From positions 1 through 30,456 of the forward strand of contig JBHGBC010000094.1 of NCBI GenBank assembly GCA_041946805.1: a stretch of 30,456 nt of DNA, written 5' to 3'. Positions 18,107-26,130 of the stretch are shown here, piece by piece. The translations under genes and the position numbers were made by a program. The DNA is from a bacterium (lineage in GTDB: Bacteria > Hinthialibacterota > Hinthialibacteria > Hinthialibacterales > Hinthialibacteraceae). Under the pieces are notes generated by a model. It was not told where the DNA came from and did not search any database. It saw only the letters and a list, made by a program, of their open reading frames with translations. Position 1 is the stretch's first letter, and each line of letters opens with the position of its first letter.

Positions 18107-18577
18107 ATGAAAGCCTTCTTTTATTTCGTGGGCGGCATGGCTGCCGTATCGGTACTGGCCTGGTTCCTGCTGACTTTTGTGCTGGTGTCCGATGAAGAGC
18201 GGATTCACCGCTTGATCGAAAAGGGATGCCGCGGCGTCGAAAGCGGATCGCTCTTCATTCTGGGCAACCTGCTGGCCACGGACTATCAGCACGAGGGCGG
18301 GATGAGCCGCGCGGAAGTGCTGGGAGGCCTGCGCTCCCTCTTCGAGGATACCACCGGCCGCCGCGTCCGCGTGCTGCGGAATGAAGTAAAGGTTGAGGAC
18401 GGACGGGCCGAGGCGGAGATCACGTTTTTGTTCTCGGCGCGGAGCCGGATCCCTAATGCCGTCCACCAGGAATTGTTGAACCAGGCCGGTCGTGATAAAT
18501 CCATTGTCCGCGTCGAGCTGGTGAAAGACGGCCGGTCTTGGAAAATCACCCGTACCGCGTTCCGGCACTCTCCATGA
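18107..18577 (+). CDS. Hypothetical membrane-anchored protein, NTF2-like fold possible
   Basis: N-terminal hydrophobic helix; LATDYQHEGG...VKVEDGRAEAEI...LVKDGRSWKIT pattern; GAGGGG RBS. Confidence 0.7.
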   Translation: MKAFFYFVGGMAAVSVLAWFLLTFVLVSDEERIHRLIEKGCRGVESGSLFILGNLLATDYQHEGGMSRAEVLGGLRSLFEDTTGRRVRVLRNEVKVEDGRAEAEITFLFSARSRIPNAVHQELLNQAGRDKSIVRVELVKDGRSWKITRTAFRHSP

Positions 18578-18677
18578 CCGGATAAGATCTTTTATGGTTC
18601 ATCCGGCTAGCGCGTACCTTTTTGAGTAAGGCGTGATCGAGATCCAATCAGGCTGGCGTAACAGATCAACCCAAATC

Positions 18678-18710
18678 CCCTCTCCCCCTGGGAGAGGGTG
18701 AGGGTGAGGG
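18678..18710 (+). repeat. 33-bp REP-like copy 2
   Basis: CCCTCTCCCCCTGGGAGAGGGTGAGGGTGAGGG. Confidence 0.9.
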
Positions 18711-18911
18711 TATTTTGCCGGGGCGGACCTTTGTGTCCGCCCGTGTCATGGCGTGGATAGAATACTTTTTTCACCATCAAGTAGTACTTACCGGATGAAC
18801 CATTTTTATTACCTTTTTGATTTTTTTCACACTCCCACCTTGACTTCACCGTAATAATCCCCCATGGTAATACGAATCTATCAATCGTATTACAGAAGAG
18901 GAGACCACAAC

Positions 18912-19742
18912 ATGACCTATAGGCATCTGGGGCGAATCCTTGGGGGGATTGCGATAATCGCCGCCGGAATGGCGGAGGCGCAGGAAGTGAAATTAGTCTC
19001 CACCGCGGAAATCAACCAGGTGGATGCGCAGGGTAATCCCACGTTTCCCGGCTTGCAGACGTTGGACAAGTACACCATCCAAGGCCGCGTGTTGAACGAA
19101 CCGCACGTGTTCAATGGACTGAATGCCAATGGGGAGTTGGATACATCGTTCATCCTGTTCGTCCAGGATGGAACCGGGGGGATTCAGGTCTATTCGGGGG
19201 CGTGGTACGGCGGCGGGATCAATTCATATCCAGATAAATATGGGCCGGGACTCCTGGTCATGGTCACGGGACTGACCGGGCATTTCGGCGGGAAGACCAA
19301 CATCAACGAGCGGCACAATCCCGATCAGAAATTTGAAATTGCGGTCTACACCACTCCGCCCGAAGAGCCTGTGCCGATGGTCATCGAAAGCCTGGCGGGA
19401 TTGAACGATTTCGACGCTTCCCGGCAGTCCGGTGGCGAGTATTACCAGGGGCGCCTGGTGGTGTTGAAAAATGTCCGGATCGTGGAAGGCGAATGGGGGC
19501 CGGGCGCGATGCTGAAGGCGGCGGACGCGGCGGGCCATACCTTCGCGGTGGAACTGCGGCATGGATCGAAAATCGGCGAATCGCCCCAACCCCAAGGATG
19601 GCTGGATATCGTGGGCGTGTTCAACCAGGAAGATCCGGAACCGCCGTTCACGGAAGGGTACCGGCTGTGGCCGCGTTCCATCAATGATTTCAAACCGTCC
19701 AGCAACCCCAGCGCGGCGCCAGGGTGGCATGAATACCGGTAA
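18912..19742 (+). CDS. Secreted hypothetical protein, likely tandem OB-fold-like domains
   Basis: AGGAGA RBS, signal peptide ending AEA; FVQDGTGGIQVY, EYYQGRLVVLKNV, YRLWPRSIND; ends SAAPGWHEYR. Confidence 0.8.
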   Translation: MTYRHLGRILGGIAIIAAGMAEAQEVKLVSTAEINQVDAQGNPTFPGLQTLDKYTIQGRVLNEPHVFNGLNANGELDTSFILFVQDGTGGIQVYSGAWYGGGINSYPDKYGPGLLVMVTGLTGHFGGKTNINERHNPDQKFEIAVYTTPPEEPVPMVIESLAGLNDFDASRQSGGEYYQGRLVVLKNVRIVEGEWGPGAMLKAADAAGHTFAVELRHGSKIGESPQPQGWLDIVGVFNQEDPEPPFTEGYRLWPRSINDFKPSSNPSAAPGWHEYR

Positions 19743-20400
19743 CGATCGCTCAATTCGCGGTTTCACGCTGATCGAGTTGCTTATCGTGGTGGTGGTCCTC
19801 GGCGTTCTGGCGGCCATCGCCGTGCCCAACCTGCTCAACGCCCTGGTGAAAAGCAAGATCGCGGCCGCCAAGAGCCAGATCGACGCGTGTTACAAGGCGC
19901 TGGAATCCTATCGCCTCGATCGGCTGGGATTACCCCCAACCCGGTATTACTGCCTGGCCTGGGGCGAGGAGAAAGCCAAGAAATACTTCGAATTGCCATG
20001 GGAACTGACCACGCCGGTGGCTTATTTGACCAATCGTCCTTTGGATCCGTTCAACACCTTTCCGGGCGCCTCGGAGGAAGCGCCCGGGCAGACGATCAAG
20101 TACCGCCATCCGGGATTCGGGTATTTCAACGGGATGCCCACGGAGGAGGGCATTTGGGTGCCGCGTGGCTTTCCCGTGGATGACGGTGATTACATTTTCT
20201 ACAACAACGCCTCGGAGACCAATCCCGCTTCACGAAGCCCGGTGCAATACGGGCTATGGAGCGCCGGACCGGTCCCCAAGGTGGATATCGGCTTGCATAC
20301 CTTGGAGCCGGTGCCCTCGCATACCTGGTACGAATCCAGCAACGGGATCATCAGCTCGGGCATCGTGGTCCGCCTGGATACCGGCCATCAAGCCCCATGA
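19729..20400 (+). CDS. Prepilin-type N-terminal cleavage/methylation protein (pseudopilin-like)
   Basis: RG|FTLIELLIVVVVLGVLAAIAVPN; start overlaps upstream gene by 14 bp. Confidence 0.92.
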   Translation: MNTGNDRSIRGFTLIELLIVVVVLGVLAAIAVPNLLNALVKSKIAAAKSQIDACYKALESYRLDRLGLPPTRYYCLAWGEEKAKKYFELPWELTTPVAYLTNRPLDPFNTFPGASEEAPGQTIKYRHPGFGYFNGMPTEEGIWVPRGFPVDDGDYIFYNNASETNPASRSPVQYGLWSAGPVPKVDIGLHTLEPVPSHTWYESSNGIISSGIVVRLDTGHQAP

Positions 20401-20502
20401 TCCCGAGGCAAGCAATCCATTGGGAGTAACCATTTACTCGAATACAGTTCTTTCTTAGTGCTTGCTTCGTGGTGTGAGACTGGATGGGAACGCGTGGCGA
20501 TT

Positions 20503-20535
20503 CCCTCTCCCTCTGGGAGAGGGCCAGGGTGAGGG
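20503..20535 (+). repeat. 33-bp REP-like copy 3
   Basis: CCCTCTCCCTCTGGGAGAGGGCCAGGGTGAGGG. Confidence 0.9.
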
Positions 20536-20662
20536 AAGCCCTGAAAGGGCAAAATTCATTCTTTTCCAGTAATTGATTAATCAGTTGCCATTTGGAAAGC
20601 TAGGGTACATTGCCACGTGCCCCGGCTATGATCACATCAATACAATAAAGAGATCCTATATA

Positions 20663-21202
20663 ATGACTACCAAACAACTCATTCTATCCAGAACGTTGTG
20701 TTTGATTCTCGTTTTTGGTTTCGTTTCCATGAGCATAACCGATCCCGATCACATGCACTCCAAATACCCCTTTCGCCCATTGACCATGGAAGAGTTGGCC
20801 CGCTTTCACGGCCACTTGGGACCGTTCATCGTGCTGGGCACGCGCATCGGCGAACACGCGGTAACCGCGCATCATTTCCCCCGCCATTTTGGATTGACAG
20901 TGAAGGTGGAATGCCCAGACCAGCCGCCGCAATCGTGCCTGATCGATGGACTGCAACTCTCCACCGGGGCGACCTTGGGCAAGCGGAACATTTCCCATGT
21001 GGTGGCGGATGAAATCCGGGTCACCCTCCGGGAAAACAACAGTGGTCATACCTTGGTCTATACCTTCAAGGATTCCACCAAGGCCCTCCTCAAGAAATGG
21101 GAGGAAGATAAAGTGGACGTAGAGAAGCGGGGAGAAACACTCTATGGCATGAAAGCGGAGGACCTCTTCAACATCGAGTCATCCGGGGAAGAGGATCATT
21201 GA
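20663..21202 (+). CDS. FmdE-family protein with N-terminal signal/anchor
   Basis: FHGHLGPFIVLG and SCLIDGLQLSTGATLGKRN motifs. Confidence 0.85.
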   Translation: MTTKQLILSRTLCLILVFGFVSMSITDPDHMHSKYPFRPLTMEELARFHGHLGPFIVLGTRIGEHAVTAHHFPRHFGLTVKVECPDQPPQSCLIDGLQLSTGATLGKRNISHVVADEIRVTLRENNSGHTLVYTFKDSTKALLKKWEEDKVDVEKRGETLYGMKAEDLFNIESSGEEDH

Positions 21203-21223
21203 GGAACGTGGATCATTGAGCGC

Positions 21224-21522
21224 GTTAGGTTGGGCTTCAAGCGAAGCGCAGCCCACTAACGATAACCTGTCTTCATCGCCTCCCTCTCCCTCTGGGAGAG
21301 GGACGGGGTGAGGGAAAAAATCTTGCTGAAATGGCAATCCATCGGCTGAAAGAAATACCTGGTTTTGAGAATGGGAGGGCGAGGCTCCCGCCGAGCCGCT
21401 TGGTTATCCAAAACCGACGGATTATATGACGGCTCACCAGGAGATTCGCATTCCCGGTCTTCACAGGAATCCAGCAAGATCCTGTTCATCTTGTTCATCT
21501 TGACCATCCTGATTCAGACAAT
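21224..21522. repeat. Intergenic REP mosaic including 33-bp copy 4 (21282-21314) and an inverted REP pair (21373-21398/21430-21455)
   Basis: TAGGTTGGGC...GCGAAGCGCAGCCCA; GGGAGGGCGAGGCTCCCGCCGAGCCG and its diverged inverse; CCATCCTGATTCAGACAAT 21504-21522 identical to 17652-17670. Confidence 0.8.
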
Positions 21523-21542
21523 CATCTAATCCCTGTCCATAT

Positions 21543-21574
21543 AAAAAAGCAGGGGCACGTTGCCGCGTGCCCCT
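21543..21574 (-). terminator. Rho-independent terminator for 21624-22592
   Basis: 9-bp stem AGGGGCACG/CGTGCCCCT followed by GC-T6 on the minus strand. Confidence 0.65.
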
Positions 21575-21623
21575 TTCGTAAGGATTGAATAGGAATGTTT
21601 TCGCGCTGGGAAGTATTCCTTCC

Positions 21624-22592
21624 TCAGTAGAGCGACGAATTCACCACCGCGGAGACGTCCTGCATGCCCATGGCCCAGCGGCAGGCGCGGATGAACAACG
21701 TCCGTCCGGTTTCGTTGAGCGCCAGGAAGTTGCGGTGCGGACCGCCGGAACCTTCCTCGTTGGTCAGCCAATGGACCATGCGCGCGGGCGCGGGAGTGCC
21801 GTCCGCCAGAAGGCCGCCCTTCTCCACCACCGCCAGGCATACCGTCATGCCTTCCGCGGGTGCGAGTTCGGCGGGAATCTCGGCCAGAATCACGGTGCCG
21901 TCCGCCTTGTCAGCCACGGGACCCAGGGGGATGCGGTTTTCGTAGAGGCCGTCCTTGGCGACGATCTGCTTGGGCGTGGTATTAAACCAGCCTGTGAAAA
22001 CTCCTTCGGTGGGATACGGATCCCGAAAGACTTGCACGAAACCTTCCGCATCGGTGGCGATCCCCTGGGTGATGGGGTGGTCCTTGTTGACGATCTTGAT
22101 CTTGCGGATATCGCTATTTTCTAATTCTCCATGCCCGGTGCTGGCGCCTTTGTACATCTTGATGCTTCCCGGCTTTGCTTCTTCGGCCAGGCACACATGT
22201 TCGCCCATCATGATGGGGATTGCCTGCTGGAAGAGCGGCTGCACATCGGGGACGTCGCTGGAGCCGCTGCTGCCGGAGAGGATCGCCAGGTCGGCTTTGT
22301 GCGCTTCCCCCGTATCGATGTCATCCCAGACGTCGCCTAAAACCGCGGGATCGTAGAACGACTTATCGGGAACCACACGGGCGCTGATCCCATTGTCTTG
22401 CAAAAGGATTTGCATGGCGATGTCACCTGGCGCGGCGCCCTGGGTATTCGCGGTGAAGTCCAGGGCGTACTCGCCGGCGGCCCGGGTGGTAATGGTGACG
22501 TGCTTGCCCGTCGTGCCCTGGGTCCAGCCAGGCAATGCTGCCAGCGCCAATACGGCAATGATCAAAATCCGGTGCGTGGTTTTTCGAGTCAT
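21624..22592 (-). CDS. Secreted hypothetical protein
   Basis: Signal peptide, GGAGG RBS, DHPITQG and FIRACRWAMG (ThuA/GATase-like); ends VSAVVNSSLY. Confidence 0.8.
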   Translation of the reverse strand: MTRKTTHRILIIAVLALAALPGWTQGTTGKHVTITTRAAGEYALDFTANTQGAAPGDIAMQILLQDNGISARVVPDKSFYDPAVLGDVWDDIDTGEAHKADLAILSGSSGSSDVPDVQPLFQQAIPIMMGEHVCLAEEAKPGSIKMYKGASTGHGELENSDIRKIKIVNKDHPITQGIATDAEGFVQVFRDPYPTEGVFTGWFNTTPKQIVAKDGLYENRIPLGPVADKADGTVILAEIPAELAPAEGMTVCLAVVEKGGLLADGTPAPARMVHWLTNEEGSGGPHRNFLALNETGRTLFIRACRWAMGMQDVSAVVNSSLY

Positions 22593-22806
22593 GATCCATC
22601 CTCCCTTAGTAGGTAAAATATAAAGTCTTCTTGATCCTTTATAGATTGATTCTCATGGCAACGCAACGCTGGCTGGGAATTTGGAGCCAGGAGAATGAAG
22701 TCTTTTCGACATGCAGGGAATGAGATCAGATCAAAACTATATACCTGAACGCAGAACTTCCTCCGGGCTGACAAAACGCCAAAAGTAAAAATAATACGGT
22801 GATGAT

Positions 22807-23145
22807 CTATATATTGTGGTGCAGGCATCCTGCCTGCAACCATATTTTGTGCAGACAAGATGTCTGCACCACAATAAAGTGACTTGTGGACTGCGTGGTG
22901 GTCTGTTTCAGGATGGGCATCAGGAGAGACATCTTTTCCTGCACATGCACGGCTTCCACCTGGGTTTTGATCAACTCCAGCTTGCCCAGAGTTTGCTGAG
23001 TCGAGGGATCCGTGATTTCTCCTCCTTCCTCATACACGACGAACCGGTCACCCATCGCGACGCCTTGCTCCAGACCCAGATTCACGATCAACCGTTGATC
23101 ATCCAGTATGGAAACCACTTTTCCCCGGAGAAATTGCCTGACCAT
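22807..23145 (-). CDS. FlgT C-terminal-like beta-barrel protein, 3' end derived from a repeat (possibly truncated)
   Basis: IVNLGLEQGVAMGDRFVVY...ITDPSTQQTLG; GAGGAG RBS; last ~22 codons are REP sequence. Confidence 0.65.
   Translation of the reverse strand: MVRQFLRGKVVSILDDQRLIVNLGLEQGVAMGDRFVVYEEGGEITDPSTQQTLGKLELIKTQVEAVHVQEKMSLLMPILKQTTTQSTSHFIVVQTSCLHKIWLQAGCLHHNI
22813..22875. repeat. REP doublet (inverted pair)
   Basis: ATTGTGGTGCAGGCATCCTGCCTGCA 22813-22838 vs inverse 22850-22875, 23/26 match. Confidence 0.85.
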
Positions 23146-23290
23146 GGTCTACTCCTCGATTTATTTATTGAAATATTTCTTTGTTTCATCTTCCAGTGAG
23201 CTCGGACTTCGTTCATTCATGGCTTGAAGCGAAGCCGAGTTTCATCCTTCATGAAACCATAATTCGGTCAATTTAAGGATCCAATCCAGA

Positions 23291-23356
23291 CCCTCTTCCT
23301 TTGGAAGAGGGCTCCTTAAAATTCCCTCTCCCTTTGGGAGAGGGCCAGGGTGAGGG
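23291..23356 (+). repeat. 33-bp REP-like copy 5 (23324-23356) plus hairpin-only variant (23291-23311)
   Basis: CCCTCTCCCTTTGGGAGAGGGCCAGGGTGAGGG; CCCTCTTCCTTTGGAAGAGGG. Confidence 0.88.
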
Positions 23357-23446
23357 TATTTACCCGGGTCATATCCTCCTCTCCTCCCCCATACGGAGTG
23401 GCCGGCCTTCTTCAATCACGCGCGCATTTCCCGGATGCCCTTGGAC

Positions 23447-24940
23447 TTACCGCACCCGTTCCCAGATGGGCGGATAGAATTCGTTTTTGAGATTCCCGAG
23501 CACCACGGGGGTGATGCCGGTGATTTCACAGAAATACACCAGGGCCCGCGTCTGATCGCCGATGACGCCGAGGGCGTGGTTGCATGGGAAGACGCTGAGG
23601 AATTCCTCGAACTCGCATTCCAGCCGGGCGTGGACATGCGGCCAGGTGGGATCGGTCATGGCGTTGATCCGCTTGCGTTCCTCGGCGGGCAGGCCGGCCG
23701 ACTCGCCGCGCGCGATAACCATGTAGGGTTTTTCGTCCCAGAGGCCGAGACGGGCGAAGGTCATTGGTCCCGGGGCGGCGTCAAATTCGACCGAGGCCCC
23801 GCCGGCCTTGAAGTAAAACTCGAGGGCGGGGTGGAAGGTAATCTTCTTGAAATTCTCGGCCGGATCCATGCTGCGGGCGGCGTACCAGCTGGAGTGGTTG
23901 CCGGAGTTGCACCAGTCCCACAAGTCCAAATCGGGATGATAGAGGCGCACGTCCATAAACAGCGTGGGCAGTCCGCCGGAAATGTATTTCATGACCTGCA
24001 TGGTGAGGGCGGCGTAGAAATCGGCCTCGGTGGCGCAGACCACGGATTCCTTCGGCCCGTTCCAGTCGTAGGGGTCGTTCATGATCATTTCCGGCACGTC
24101 GCCGAGGCAGACATGTTCGGTGAGTTCGCGCTGGCCCTTGAGGCCGCAGAAATCGAATCCCTTTTCCTGGTTGACTTGCTTCATGGCCAGATAGAGGCGA
24201 ATTTGGGTCTCCAGGGTTTCTTCGTTCAAAATCCGGCCGTCGTAACGAAGACGGTTGCCGAGCAGCTTTTCGAACCACTGACGGCCTTTTTTGACATCGC
24301 TTTCATCGACGGTGTCCATGATCTTGACGAGCAGCAGCTGGTCGATTTGCTGGATGGTGCACCCCACCGATTTCAGTGTGGGCGTGAGGTGCGCGAAGCC
24401 GGTTTCCATGCCCATGGAATGGCCGCCGTACAGGCCGAAGACCTCGTTCTGGATGGTGGTGCGGGCCTCACTGGCGCGGATCCAGGAGAGAACCTTCTGC
24501 TGGGTTTTCGAATCCTGCAGGTCACCGATGATGCGGTGGGTGCGCTTGCCGGCCTGGCGTAGAGCGCCGTCGGTGGCGAGCAGGCCGACATTGCCCGGAA
24601 ATTTACCGTTGTTGTTGGAGAGGCTGAGGATAGGAACGTCGCCCAGGCTGTTGACCAGGGGCCAGCACAAGAAGGGAAAGTTCCAGACGTTATACAGCAT
24701 GATCAACTGTTTGCAATTGGCGCGGGCGAGCTGCTCTCCCACTTTTTGGGCCGAGCGGGCGCTGACGATGATTTCACTGCCCACGGCGATTTCCGGGGCG
24801 GAGCCGTCCACGTTCTTCAAGTTCATACGGATGAAGTCCGCCCAGGCGTTCACCACGGCCTGGTTCTCCGCGTTGTTCTTGGTATAAACGTGTTCCCGCT
24901 CATCGTTGAGCATGGCTATGCCAATCGGGGTGCTTCGCAT
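23447..24940 (-). CDS. L-fucose/L-arabinose isomerase family protein (497 aa)
   Basis: GGHSMGM, GQRELT, MNDPYDWNG, ATEAD, FMDVR, CNSG, CNH metal ligand pattern; GGAGG RBS before ATG 24940. Confidence 0.9.
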   Translation of the reverse strand: MRSTPIGIAMLNDEREHVYTKNNAENQAVVNAWADFIRMNLKNVDGSAPEIAVGSEIIVSARSAQKVGEQLARANCKQLIMLYNVWNFPFLCWPLVNSLGDVPILSLSNNNGKFPGNVGLLATDGALRQAGKRTHRIIGDLQDSKTQQKVLSWIRASEARTTIQNEVFGLYGGHSMGMETGFAHLTPTLKSVGCTIQQIDQLLLVKIMDTVDESDVKKGRQWFEKLLGNRLRYDGRILNEETLETQIRLYLAMKQVNQEKGFDFCGLKGQRELTEHVCLGDVPEMIMNDPYDWNGPKESVVCATEADFYAALTMQVMKYISGGLPTLFMDVRLYHPDLDLWDWCNSGNHSSWYAARSMDPAENFKKITFHPALEFYFKAGGASVEFDAAPGPMTFARLGLWDEKPYMVIARGESAGLPAEERKRINAMTDPTWPHVHARLECEFEEFLSVFPCNHALGVIGDQTRALVYFCEITGITPVVLGNLKNEFYPPIWERVR

Positions 24941-25132
24941 ATTCAACCTCCATCCCGCCCCGCAGGCCGGGGATCGCTGAAATGAATCGTGTTTCGAACC
25001 ACGGATCCATTCTCTCCACATTCCCGGGATTTGTGAAGAGAGGGGGAATCCAGCCCGTTTCCCCTTTTTCTTGGTCCCCCGTTCCAGAGTATGCTATGAT
25101 GGCTGATCTGTGTTTTCTGGAGGGGCAGGATC

Positions 25133-25777
25133 ATGAGAATCAGGCCGGGATTTACCTTGATCGAATTGTTGATCGTGGTCGCCATTATCGGGATCCTGGC
25201 CGCGATCGCCGTCCCCAACTTCATGAACGCCCGCACCCGCGCCAAGGTTTCCAAATGCTTTTCCGAAATCAACATGCTCTACAATCAAAATATGATTCGC
25301 AAAGTCGACACCGGTGTATGGATGATTGACGGCAACGATTACCAGGGGGACTCCAGTCTGCCCGCCGATAAATGCAACTTTCCCGGCGGGTATCACTACT
25401 GGGGTCAAACCTGCGAAAAGGCCGGCTCCCAGCCCGGTTGTTACGATCTCCTGCACAACGGGCAGATTTACGCCTTGCTCACCACGCCGGTGGCTTACTT
25501 GACAAGCATTCCCACCAATCCCTTCCTGCCGGGTTGTTTTTATGAATACGGCGATGGCGGATGCGCCAATTACAACGGTTCCTTCTGGGTCTTTTTCTCC
25601 GGCGGGCCGGATCTGGACATGGTGGACATGCACTGGTCGCCGGCGCACGGAGACACGGCGCCTTACCATCCCTCCAACGGCTTGCACAGCAACGGCGATA
25701 TCTGGAAAGCCCACCCCACCGGCTCGGACCGCGGCGGCCTCGTGGGCGTGCTCATTCAGGACAATTCGTATTTTTAA
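25133..25777 (+). CDS. Prepilin-type N-terminal cleavage/methylation protein, Cys-rich, paralog of 19729-20400
   Basis: PG|FTLIELLIVVAIIGILAAIAVPNF; LTTPVAYLT; six Cys. Confidence 0.92.
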   Translation: MRIRPGFTLIELLIVVAIIGILAAIAVPNFMNARTRAKVSKCFSEINMLYNQNMIRKVDTGVWMIDGNDYQGDSSLPADKCNFPGGYHYWGQTCEKAGSQPGCYDLLHNGQIYALLTTPVAYLTSIPTNPFLPGCFYEYGDGGCANYNGSFWVFFSGGPDLDMVDMHWSPAHGDTAPYHPSNGLHSNGDIWKAHPTGSDRGGLVGVLIQDNSYF

Positions 25778-26035
25778 TCCGGCCGCGTCGCGGGAGCCAG
25801 TGATTTCAAGCCGCCTGGCCGGATTCGATAACCTGAATGGGTTCTCTCGTGATTATACAGCTGCACATTTACCCAAATGCAGCACTGATTGTAGACCGTC
25901 CACGCCGCGTTTAAACTAGCTCCGGGCTTTGGCCCTGGGATTTATGCGGCCGGCGTAAATGATTCTGGCTCATCCGGCCAGTGGGGAGCATGATCGGTTT
26001 TCAAAGGATCAGGCCTGCGTGAACCGCCCCAACTT

Positions 26036-26068
26036 CCCTCTCCCTCTGGGAGAGGGCCAGGATGAGGG
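26036..26068 (+). repeat. 33-bp REP-like copy 6
   Basis: CCCTCTCCCTCTGGGAGAGGGCCAGGATGAGGG. Confidence 0.88.
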
Positions 26069-26130
26069 AAAGCCTTCAAAAGGCGGAATACATTTCTGTG
26101 CAACCGGGTAAATAGTATCCTTGACATTAC

